Positions 8,010 through 15,037 of a stretch of 64,000 nt of DNA are shown in pieces. Origin of the DNA: a virus; the IMG/VR virus record IMGVR_UViG_3300045988_180980. One strand, written 5' to 3'. The notes beneath the pieces are model-generated. The model was not told the DNA's origin and did not search any database. It was given only the letters and a program-made list of their open reading frames with translations. Position numbers and translations under genes: made by a program. Position 1 is the first letter of the stretch. Every line of letters begins with the position of its first letter.

Positions 8010-8036
8010 CAGCCCTACCGCATCACGGTGAAGCGG
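8010..8036 (+). promoter_or_regulatory. CAGCCCTA..CACGGTGAAGCGG intergenic motif, copy 2
   Basis: cagccctaccgcatcacggtgaagcgg, ending 6 nt upstream of ATG 8043. Confidence 0.6.
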
Positions 8037-8042
8037 AAATCT

Positions 8043-8486
8043 ATGAAGATAGAATTTGTGGGAGGAATCTCAAAAGAACTTGCTGACGTTATAGAGAAGA
8101 ACGGAATTGATGCTGTTTGCCTTGAAGGTAATGTCTGCGAAATCGGCGACAAGGATTTTCTGGCTTTGAAGAGTGCTGCACCCGCAGCCTTTGACGGAAA
8201 CGATATTGTCCTCGTGGAGGATGAAAGCACGCTCGTGCAAGAGTTGATAAAGACAGGTTTCCGCTTTAGTGACAACGAGGACGGCACCTACGATGTGTGC
8301 TACGACCACAGCCAGGACGCGAATTTTACCGGGGTCAACATGTATCATGTGGCGACGGTAAAGGAGGAAGGCGACCTCTGGTGTGTCAACAACAACAGCG
8401 GAGCAGGCTGGGGCGAATACCCAAAAGCCGACTGGACACTGATGGATGCCATCTCTGACCAGTGCATTGACGAACACATTAACTAA
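8043..8486 (+). CDS. acidic hypothetical protein
   Basis: ORF 8028 (GTG) trimmed to ATG 8043 (MKIEFVGG...). Confidence 0.6.
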   Translation: MKIEFVGGISKELADVIEKNGIDAVCLEGNVCEIGDKDFLALKSAAPAAFDGNDIVLVEDESTLVQELIKTGFRFSDNEDGTYDVCYDHSQDANFTGVNMYHVATVKEEGDLWCVNNNSGAGWGEYPKADWTLMDAISDQCIDEHIN

Positions 8487-8492
8487 CCAATT

Positions 8493-8515
8493 CAGCCCTC
8501 GACATCACGGTGAAG
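8493..8515 (+). promoter_or_regulatory. CAGCCCTA..CACGGTGAAG intergenic motif, copy 3
   Basis: cagccctcgacatcacggtgaag, ending 9 nt upstream of ATG 8525. Confidence 0.55.
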
Positions 8516-8524
8516 TCTGTAGAT

Positions 8525-8785
8525 ATGTTGAAATATAAAGACAGAAAAGTTGAAGTAGGAGAAGGAGGCTTTCTTGTAAGAGTGATACAGGAAGGAAAGC
8601 CTTTAGATGGAAAGCATTATTTCCGCAACAAGGAGGCTCAAGCCGTGTTTGACGAGTTGCGCAATCAAACATATCTTGATGATTACTGGAATGTAGGCGA
8701 AAAGTTCTTTTTCCGTTTTTTGAGCGGAGAGACACTATGTTATACCAGACGTGAAATTCTACGGATGGCGAATGGAGAACATTAG
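8525..8785 (+). CDS. hypothetical protein
   Basis: ORF 8510 (GTG) trimmed to ATG 8525 (MLKYKDRK...). Confidence 0.5.
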   Translation: MLKYKDRKVEVGEGGFLVRVIQEGKPLDGKHYFRNKEAQAVFDELRNQTYLDDYWNVGEKFFFRFLSGETLCYTRREILRMANGEH

Positions 8786-8804
8786 GAGTAAAAGCAAAAA
8801 TTAT

Positions 8805-8831
8805 TAGCCCTACTGCATTACGGTTAAGCGG
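8805..8831 (+). promoter_or_regulatory. CAGCCCTA..CACGGTGAAGCGG intergenic motif, copy 4 (degenerate)
   Basis: tagccctactgcattacggttaagcgg, ending 6 nt upstream of ATG 8838. Confidence 0.55.
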
Positions 8832-8837
8832 AAAAAA

Positions 8838-9140
8838 ATGGAGAACATTTTAGAAAAAGCTGTAAAATCAAATGGCAATATAGAGTTGAACGAATTAAGT
8901 TGGAAACAACTCGTTGCTCTCTTGAATGTGTGGGATACCAACTACGCAAGAAGGGAGAATGCTTCATTCTCGGATATGATAAAGCGGTGTTATAAGTCGC
9001 GCCCCTGGCACGAGAACGCTAACGTTATTTATCTGCATGAAGACAATATGAAGACAACCATCGTGCCGCATGCCTGTTACAACATCAACGAAGCAGAGGA
9101 GAAAATGATGTTCGATTCGCTTAAAAAGCAATTAAAGTAA
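8838..9140 (+). CDS. hypothetical protein
   Basis: 100-aa ORF behind motif copy 4. Confidence 0.55.
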   Translation: MENILEKAVKSNGNIELNELSWKQLVALLNVWDTNYARRENASFSDMIKRCYKSRPWHENANVIYLHEDNMKTTIVPHACYNINEAEEKMMFDSLKKQLK

Positions 9141-9188
9141 AGAGTAACATTCGTTATAGCAAATAATCATAATCACAAAAAATCCATT

Positions 9189-9971
9189 ATGGTTGAACAG
9201 ATTAGAGTCTGGAAGTCGAAGAACCTGCGCTCCACATACATGCTCGTATATCGCGACGAACTGACGGGTAAGCTGCGTGTCACTCGGATGGATGGCAGCA
9301 GATGTGACAACGAGAAGTCGCTAATCAAGGGCTACGAGATGTTCGGCGGCGGACTCTGGGCGGCCTGCAGGGACATGGGCAATGATGTTGCAGAGATACG
9401 CGCTGCCGTGGATCGCGAGATAGCCGAGGAGACCGCACAGCGAGAGCGTGAGGAGCAGCGCCAGAAAGCGGAAGCCGAAGCCGAAGCAAAGGCTTTACAG
9501 GAAGCCCAGGAAATCAGGGCTGCACTTGCCGGCACAAAGGACAGCGTGAGCATCAAGCCTATCGAAGTGCTGCAGCGGTACGACCTGCTGGAGGAGCACC
9601 TGAAACAACTGAAGCCTGGCGAGTATGTCGTTTGCATCAATTATAAGAAGAAAGGCGTTGTGGAACTGCGCACGAAAGCACGGACAACCGACCATCTGAA
9701 GGTGTTGGCAAAGGTGACGAAGGAGGAGAAGAACACGAAAGCAGCCTTGCATTGTCTTGCCGTGAAGGTGCGTGAAGCATACCTGTCTGGTATCGCAATC
9801 ATCGGCAAGACTCACGCCCTGAAAGGTTTCGGCAAGCGTATTGTGGATGCAGTTCCTTGCATCAAGGAGAGTCGGAACACCTATTACTCCTCGGCTGCAC
9901 CGCGTCAGTATTACGACAAGTACACGCTGATATACATGAAGCTGGAGGAGGCAGAAAAGAACGACAAATAA
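9189..9971 (+). CDS. hypothetical protein with charged coiled-coil-like segment
   Basis: 260 aa with a central EREEQRQKAEAEAEAKALQEAQE stretch. Confidence 0.6.
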   Translation: MVEQIRVWKSKNLRSTYMLVYRDELTGKLRVTRMDGSRCDNEKSLIKGYEMFGGGLWAACRDMGNDVAEIRAAVDREIAEETAQREREEQRQKAEAEAEAKALQEAQEIRAALAGTKDSVSIKPIEVLQRYDLLEEHLKQLKPGEYVVCINYKKKGVVELRTKARTTDHLKVLAKVTKEEKNTKAALHCLAVKVREAYLSGIAIIGKTHALKGFGKRIVDAVPCIKESRNTYYSSAAPRQYYDKYTLIYMKLEEAEKNDK

Positions 9972-9978
9972 TTTATTT

Positions 9979-9986
9979 ATTATAGA
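9979..9986 (+). promoter_or_regulatory. ATTATAGA-box intergenic motif, copy 11
   Basis: tttATTATAGAcaacATG, 12 nt upstream of ATG 9991. Confidence 0.5.
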
Positions 9987-9990
9987 CAAC

Positions 9991-10215
9991 ATGGAAAAAG
10001 ACCAAATCATTTACGACAAGCGAAAGGCCATGGGTGAGAGCATCCGTGCGATGCGCACCGCCCAGGGCTGGGAGCAGGAACAGCTTGCCCAGATTGCGGG
10101 CATCACCACCGCAAACGTCCGCAGCGTGGAAGCCGGCAAGTATGCCGTGGACATCGACGTGCTCAACAAGATTGCTGAAGCACTGGGCGCAGAGCTAAGA
10201 ATGATTGAAAAGTAA
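9991..10215 (+). CDS. XRE/Cro-type helix-turn-helix transcriptional regulator
   Basis: 74 aa. GWEQEQLAQIAGITTANVRSVEAGKYAVDIDVLNKIAEALG is a classic XRE HTH pattern. Confidence 0.75.
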   Translation: MEKDQIIYDKRKAMGESIRAMRTAQGWEQEQLAQIAGITTANVRSVEAGKYAVDIDVLNKIAEALGAELRMIEK

Positions 10216-10242
10216 AAAGTAAAAAGTAAAAAACGAAAGATT

Positions 10243-10545
10243 ATGGCAACGAAGAAAATTTATCCGTTTATCACCGCGAAGATGTTTGATATTACTGACA
10301 GCATCGACGGAATGAATGTGGTGTTTGACGCACGCGAGGTGGAAAGTTACCAATACTGGACACTCGACGACGATGACAAAGACGAGAGTGTGAAGGTCAA
10401 CTTCAAGTCCGGCAATGATATGTACCTGTACCTGGAACTCGACCAGGAGGTATATCCTGGAGAGAATCTCGTTACGCTGATAGACAGCGTGCTGGATAAG
10501 CACTTCTGGCACGACAACGAGGACTCCACTCCAAACAAGGACTGA
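10243..10545 (+). CDS. acidic hypothetical protein
   Basis: 100 aa. Contains WTLDDDDKDESV. Confidence 0.55.
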   Translation: MATKKIYPFITAKMFDITDSIDGMNVVFDAREVESYQYWTLDDDDKDESVKVNFKSGNDMYLYLELDQEVYPGENLVTLIDSVLDKHFWHDNEDSTPNKD

Positions 10546-10550
10546 GAGCA

Positions 10551-10874
10551 ATGTTCAAGATACTTCATGCCTTCTTTGACCATCCCTTCTGCTCGTTCGA
10601 GTTCCTGAACCTCGACACCCAGCAGCATATCTTTGCGGACTATTTCGACGATCCGTTTTACGAGCTCCTGCAGGAGTGCAGCGTGACGCACGACTACGAA
10701 CTGGAGGGGAAGGTCATAGAGAAGATTCCGGACGATTTGTTCCAGCACAACGAAGAGTATGCTACCATCAGAGCCCAGCAGTCTTACGAGGGCTCTTGGT
10801 TCTACCCCTGGTTGAAGAACAAACCCGGCGAAACGAAAAAGCCCCGACCGAAGTCGGGGCACCGCGAGCCATAG
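10551..10874 (+). CDS. hypothetical protein
   Basis: 107 aa. The GC hairpin GCCCCGAC-cgaa-GTCGGGGC (10841-10860) lies inside its 3' end. Confidence 0.5.
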   Translation: MFKILHAFFDHPFCSFEFLNLDTQQHIFADYFDDPFYELLQECSVTHDYELEGKVIEKIPDDLFQHNEEYATIRAQQSYEGSWFYPWLKNKPGETKKPRPKSGHREP

Positions 10875-11092
10875 GCTCGTATCTACGATAGTAGAAATTA
10901 GCTCTTTTGTGAGCGTTTCAATCCGCAGGCCTAAGCCTGAAGTCAACGGAAGGATGATGTTTGTTTCAATTCCATAAAGGTACGATTCAATCTTCCAACC
11001 GAAGACAGGTGCAAAATTAAGAATTAAAATTATAGCAACCAAACAAAATCACAAAAATCTATCAGATTTCGGTGCAACAACCCTTTACGGAT

Positions 11093-11458
11093 ATGAGAGC
11101 AATTGAGAATTTCGAGGATTATCGCGCCTTGGTTGGCGCTGTCATTGAGGAGGAGCCGATTGAAGCAGCACATGCCGCTGTGGAGTCTCACGCTGTAGAG
11201 CCTGAGATTATCCAGAGCCAGGAACCGCAACCCAAACCGAAGCGCAAACGCTATTATCCGCAGGTGGGCGAACCTACACTGCGAGTGAACAGCAACGGCA
11301 CGGTGGCGTTGACCTCGGAAAGCAACACTCGGGGCATGACCAAGGTGATGATGTATGTGCTGGCAGTCATAGTATTTGCCGCAGCGGCAGTAACCCTGTT
11401 TTCAATGATAGGCATAGCCGTATTCTTCCTTCCGCTGCTGGCGGGAGCCTTCAAATGA
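11093..11458 (+). CDS. C-terminally membrane-anchored hypothetical protein
   Basis: ORF 11072 (GTG) trimmed to ATG 11093. Acidic N-terminus. C-terminal hydrophobic stretch VMMYVLAVIVFAAAAVTLFSMIGIAVFFLPLLAGAF. Confidence 0.5.
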   Translation: MRAIENFEDYRALVGAVIEEEPIEAAHAAVESHAVEPEIIQSQEPQPKPKRKRYYPQVGEPTLRVNSNGTVALTSESNTRGMTKVMMYVLAVIVFAAAAVTLFSMIGIAVFFLPLLAGAFK

Positions 11459-11469
11459 TTTTTTCATCT

Positions 11470-11477
11470 ATTATATA
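11470..11477 (+). promoter_or_regulatory. ATTATAGA-box intergenic motif, copy 12 (ATTATATA variant)
   Basis: catctATTATATAttacacaacATG, 17 nt upstream of ATG 11487. Confidence 0.45.
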
Positions 11478-11486
11478 TTACACAAC

Positions 11487-11678
11487 ATGGAGAAGTTTGA
11501 CACACTGCAGGCGCGTGGAGGCGGCCGCAGAACCTATGAAGGCCGCACCCGGCAAATCAAGTTGCCAGACGATGTGCACAAATGGATCACCTCGCACGGA
11601 GGCGGCAGATACCTCACCGAGGTAATACGTGCCATCATCGCTGTAACTCCCGACACCGAACAGGAGGAGCAGGAGTAA
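11487..11678 (+). CDS. putative ribbon-helix-helix (CopG/Arc-like) DNA-binding protein
   Basis: 63 aa. IKLPDDVHKWITSHGGGRYLTEVIRAIIAV fits a beta-strand plus two-helix RHH pattern. Confidence 0.5.
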   Translation: MEKFDTLQARGGGRRTYEGRTRQIKLPDDVHKWITSHGGGRYLTEVIRAIIAVTPDTEQEEQE

Positions 11679-11757
11679 AGCATACCAGGAGCGCCCGCGT
11701 TATGAGGCGCATATAAAATCACCGTCTGCATCCCTGGCAGCACACCCGCTGCTACGG

Positions 11758-12039
11758 ATGCAGGCACCACAAACTAAAAGAAAAATGGAAAAGAAGAAGA
11801 AAAAGAAACTGTTTGACCTCGTGCTCTCTGTCTCTGAGAGCGGTGCGCAACTCACCTGCACAAAGGACGGAAAAAACATGATGCCAGAGGCATTGACAGG
11901 AACAAACGTATCGTATGCCCTCGAGGCACTGAGATACGCCACAGGCTTGTTCGCACGGCTGTACGTGGTACAGCTGCACAAGGACGGCAAAATCACGGAC
12001 GAGCAGTACAAGAAGTTCCGCGATGAGACAAGAGGCTGA
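11758..12039 (+). CDS. hypothetical protein (Lys-rich N-terminus)
   Basis: 93-aa ORF with an alternative ATG at 11785 (MEKKKKKK...). Confidence 0.45.
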   Translation: MQAPQTKRKMEKKKKKKLFDLVLSVSESGAQLTCTKDGKNMMPEALTGTNVSYALEALRYATGLFARLYVVQLHKDGKITDEQYKKFRDETRG

Positions 12040-12063
12040 CAATTTAAGTAGTGTTTTATTAAC

Positions 12064-12071
12064 TTTATAGA
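12064..12071 (+). promoter_or_regulatory. ATTATAGA-box intergenic motif, copy 13 (TTTATAGA variant)
   Basis: aacTTTATAGAattATG, 11 nt upstream of ATG 12075. Confidence 0.45.
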
Positions 12072-12074
12072 ATT

Positions 12075-12302
12075 ATGGTAGAAACAGAGAAATTTTCGCA
12101 AGACCAGATTGCGGCACTGAAGCACATCCAGAAGAAGGGATTCGCAGCGTATCGGCGTGTTGACGGTACGGCTGCGTGCCCGGAACTGGAGGAACTTGTG
12201 GATGCAGGGTACCTGACCAAGAGTTACATGGAAATGTTCAACGAGGACGTTTACAGACTGACAGAGAAAGGCTCTGGCCTGGTGAACTCGCTTGTGTGGT
12301 AA
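12075..12302 (+). CDS. hypothetical protein
   Basis: 75-aa ORF. Confidence 0.5.
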   Translation: MVETEKFSQDQIAALKHIQKKGFAAYRRVDGTAACPELEELVDAGYLTKSYMEMFNEDVYRLTEKGSGLVNSLVW

Positions 12303-12343
12303 AATTCAACTAATCAACTAAACCATCTAAAAACCTATTAGTT

Positions 12344-12628
12344 ATGAGAACGAACTTGAAGATGATGGCTGCTGTAGTGACCATGGGCATGATGATTGCA
12401 TCATGCGGTAACGAGAATCTGGCGGAGAGCGGACTGCCGGCAGACTTCGGCACCCAGATAGGCTCAGCCTACTTCGGCACCGGCATGTATTACACCTATA
12501 TCCCCAACGGCACCGTCACACGTGCCGGAATGAAGACCAAGTACTGCATCCTGCCCATCCGCTCGGAACTGCGAACCCAGGACAACTCCTCCCTGCACAT
12601 CACCATCAATGACGAGTGGGAGGAATGA
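12344..12628 (+). CDS. putative lipoprotein
   Basis: The signal peptide MRTNLKMMAAVVTMGMMIASC ends in a lipobox-like IASC followed by GNE. Confidence 0.65.
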   Translation: MRTNLKMMAAVVTMGMMIASCGNENLAESGLPADFGTQIGSAYFGTGMYYTYIPNGTVTRAGMKTKYCILPIRSELRTQDNSSLHITINDEWEE

Positions 12629-12639
12629 GATTCCGTTCT

Positions 12640-13135
12640 ATCAAACACACACATTCACACGAACACACATTCATACAAACACACAATCATACAGCATAAC
12701 TATCCAACGAATATATATACCCACATTCACATGATTACACAATCATACGAATACACAAATGCACATTCACACCAAGATATAAATACACATTCACACAAAC
12801 ACACACCACCAGGACGTCTTGTATACATATAACTTCACGCAGCCATCACCATACGCTCTACACAATCACCATCAGCACTACAAACTTTAATGTTTTCATG
12901 CACACATGCTTCCATACGATTTTGTTTTCATATATTCATATTATTGTGTATTCATATATTTGTATGTAGTTTCGTTGGTTCATACTTTCGTGTGTGGTTA
13001 GTTAGTTTAATATGTAATTATGTGGTTAGTTGTTTATGTAGGTATGTGAGTAAGTAAGTGTACAAATACATAGTTAAGTAGGTGGTTAGGTAGATGTATA
13101 AGTAGATTTTTATGTATTTACGTAGATAAAATCAT
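12640..13135. repeat. Non-coding 0.5-kb region with a strand-composition switch and degenerate repeats (candidate centromere / par site)
   Basis: The left arm (12640-12810) is almost G-free, with at least 5 copies of CACATTCA(C/T)A(C/T). The right arm (12930-13135) is almost C-free, with GGTTAG-containing repeats. It lies directly upstream of the parA promoter. Confidence 0.6.
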
Positions 13136-13159
13136 ACTTACGCTTGCACGTATGCGTTT

Positions 13160-13179
13160 TAATTCTTAAATTTGCAACA
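13160..13179 (+). promoter_or_regulatory. Bacteroidetes-type promoter (TAAATTTG -7 box) of the par operon
   Basis: taattcTTAAATTTGcaaca lies about 20 nt upstream of ATG 13200. An identical 20-mer recurs at 44625-44644. Confidence 0.6.
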
Positions 13180-13199
13180 TCTAAGTTAAAGTTCAGGTT

Positions 13200-14078
13200 A
13201 TGAGAGAAAAAGAAAACAGACTAAAGGAAGTGCTTGCCTTTGTCAACCACAAGGGTGGGGTAGGCAAGACAACAACAGTACAGAGCCTGGCGGCTGGTTT
13301 GCGCCGCTTTGGTAAAGGCTATTTCGGCACCACGCCCGAAGGACAGAAGCGCATGCCGCGTGTGCTCGTCATCGACCTCGACCCACAGGCATGTGCATCG
13401 TTCCTCTTCGGGTGGAGCGAGACACTGCAGGCTGGCAAACCTACCATGTACGATGCACTTGTGCAGCAGACACAGATACCCGTGTATCAGGTACGCGACG
13501 GGATATATCTGGCACCAGCGTCATCCAGGCTGGTGAGCATCGAACCGTTCCTCAATCAAACAGCCGTTCCACGAAAAGCGCTGTACAAGCTCCTTTCCAA
13601 GCCTCTGGTGGAAATGCAGGGTGAGGAACTGCGGAACGAGGGTACAGCAATGGCTGCGGAAGCTTTTGACTACATCCTTATAGACTGCCCACCTGCAATG
13701 TCGTTGCTCACCTACAACGCATTGACAGCGGCTTCCAGTGTGGTGCTGCCTGTGCAGCTGGAAGCGCTGGCCACAAAAGGCATAGCCGAGATAATAAATG
13801 CCGTAAGGGAGACGCGCGAGGATCTGAACCCCGGCCTTGACATTCGCGGTTTACTTATGGTTATGAGTAACGATCAGACGAAAGCCACCAAGCAGTTTAA
13901 GGAATACCTGGGTGTGAAGTTCAACGACTATATGTTTGACTCCTACACTCGCCGCGACACCAAGATGGTGGAGGCGCAGGCTATGAATGAGGACATCTTC
14001 TCTTATGCTCCATACAGCAGGGTAGGGCAGGACTACGAACGCTTTGTATGCGAGATTCTGACAAGTATGCCACGGTAA
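13200..14078 (+). CDS. parA: ParA-family partition ATPase
   Basis: Deviant Walker A VNHKGGVGKTTT, plus VIDLDPQ and ILIDCPP motifs. 292 aa. Confidence 0.9.
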   Translation: MREKENRLKEVLAFVNHKGGVGKTTTVQSLAAGLRRFGKGYFGTTPEGQKRMPRVLVIDLDPQACASFLFGWSETLQAGKPTMYDALVQQTQIPVYQVRDGIYLAPASSRLVSIEPFLNQTAVPRKALYKLLSKPLVEMQGEELRNEGTAMAAEAFDYILIDCPPAMSLLTYNALTAASSVVLPVQLEALATKGIAEIINAVRETREDLNPGLDIRGLLMVMSNDQTKATKQFKEYLGVKFNDYMFDSYTRRDTKMVEAQAMNEDIFSYAPYSRVGQDYERFVCEILTSMPR

Positions 14079-14119
14079 TAGATAATTTTCCCTAAGTAAT
14101 AATATAAAGAAATACAGAT

Positions 14120-14656
14120 ATGGCAAGACAAGCAAATAACAAGCCTCGCTTTGGTGAGGTTCAGAAGTTCGAACTAAGCAAATCCCAAGTCATCAAAGAG
14201 AACGAAAGACTCCTGTCAGACTCTGGGCAGGCTCCCGCAGAACAGCCACAGGACGAAGCGGACAAGGAGCAGGCTCCCGCAGTACAGCCCCAGGACGAAG
14301 CGGACACAAAGGAGCAGGCTACCACAATACAGCCCCAGAGCGTAGCGGACGCACACGAGCAGGCTCCAGCAGAACAGCCACAGGACGAAGCGGACACAAA
14401 AGAACAGGCTCCAGCAGAACAGCCCAAGAGCGAAGCGGACGCACACGAGCAGGCTTCCACAGAACAGCCACAGGACGAAGCAGGCACAAAGGGGCAGGCT
14501 TCTGCAAAAGGAGACTCGGGACGAAAGATAGGCATCAATGCGTTCGTCCCCATGGACTACTATGAGAAGCTGGTTCTGCTGAAGATGCGCACAGGCGTTC
14601 CCATCAAGGAAATAGCCCTGCGGGCCGTGAAGGAGTATATCGATAGAAATTATTGA
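14120..14656 (+). CDS. ParG-like centromere-binding protein candidate (C-terminal RHH) with acidic tandem repeats
   Basis: Lies immediately downstream of parA. The C-terminus RKIGINAFVPMDYYEKLVLLKMRTGVPIKEIALRAVKEYI resembles an RHH fold. The centre holds six 15-aa QAPAEQPQDEADTKE-type repeats. Confidence 0.6.
   Translation: MARQANNKPRFGEVQKFELSKSQVIKENERLLSDSGQAPAEQPQDEADKEQAPAVQPQDEADTKEQATTIQPQSVADAHEQAPAEQPQDEADTKEQAPAEQPKSEADAHEQASTEQPQDEAGTKGQASAKGDSGRKIGINAFVPMDYYEKLVLLKMRTGVPIKEIALRAVKEYIDRNY
14228..14494 (+). repeat. Six tandem 45-nt (15-codon) repeats inside the ParG-like CDS
   Basis: Units in order: QAPAEQPQDEADKE, QAPAVQPQDEADTKE, QATTIQPQSVADAHE, QAPAEQPQDEADTKE, QAPAEQPKSEADAHE, QASTEQPQDEAGTKG. 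Confidence 0.85.
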
Positions 14657-14704
14657 AGCAGCATACAAGTCACTACAAAAGTGTGCTGTTTTGGGTTTAT
14701 AATA

Positions 14705-14787
14705 CCTACGGATTTGTTTACCAACTCCTACGGATTTGTTTACTTAAACCTACGGATTTGTTTACCAACTCCTACGTTTTTGTTTAC
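14705..14787 (+). repeat. Four direct iterons CCTACGGATTTGTTTAC in 22-bp phase (left half of oriV)
   Basis: Copies at 14705, 14727, 14749 and 14771 (the last is CCTACGTTTTTGTTTAC). One inverted CCGTAGG at 14791. Confidence 0.85.
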
Positions 14788-14830
14788 CTCGCCGTAGGTA
14801 ATTGACTGATAATCAATGTGTCAAAAACCT

Positions 14831-14910
14831 CTTAATATAATATAATTATAAAATATGGATTTTAGTTTTCAAAAGGAGTAAAGTAATAGTTTATGTTATA
14901 TTATATTAAG
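14831..14910. repeat. AT-rich spacer bounded by a 15-bp perfect inverted repeat (candidate DNA-unwinding element)
   Basis: cttaatataatataa (14831-14845) and ttatattatattaag (14896-14910). The interval is strongly AT-rich. Confidence 0.7.
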
Positions 14911-14953
14911 GAGATTTTGTGTAGTTGAAAATCAAATAGTTAGAGCATATGAA

Positions 14954-15036
14954 GTAAACATATCCGTAGGAGTTGGTAAACAAAAACGTAGGTTTTGGTA
15001 CATAAAAACGTAGGTTTAAGTACATAAAAACGTAGG
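14954..15036 (-). repeat. Four inverted-orientation iterons GTA(A/C)A(N)AAACGTAGG in 22-bp phase (right half of oriV)
   Basis: Copies at 14954, 14976, 14998 and 15020. The last ends 1 nt before the rep ATG. Confidence 0.85.
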
Positions 15037-15037
15037 T

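Noticed and set aside
10347-11042. 231-aa ORF on the - strand.
   Set aside because: It is antisense to two co-oriented + strand genes and extends through the non-coding gap. No start context or motif supports it, so it is treated as a shadow ORF.
12640-13135. Giant hairpin or telomere-resolution site (N15-type telRL) suggested by the CA/GT mirror composition.
   Set aside because: The two arms are not reverse complements of each other, only compositionally mirrored. No protelomerase-like ORF was recognised.
14228-14494. Tandem repeats as a DGR variable region or a non-coding satellite.
   Set aside because: The repeats are in frame within a CDS (15-codon units). No reverse transcriptase or template repeat is visible in the window.
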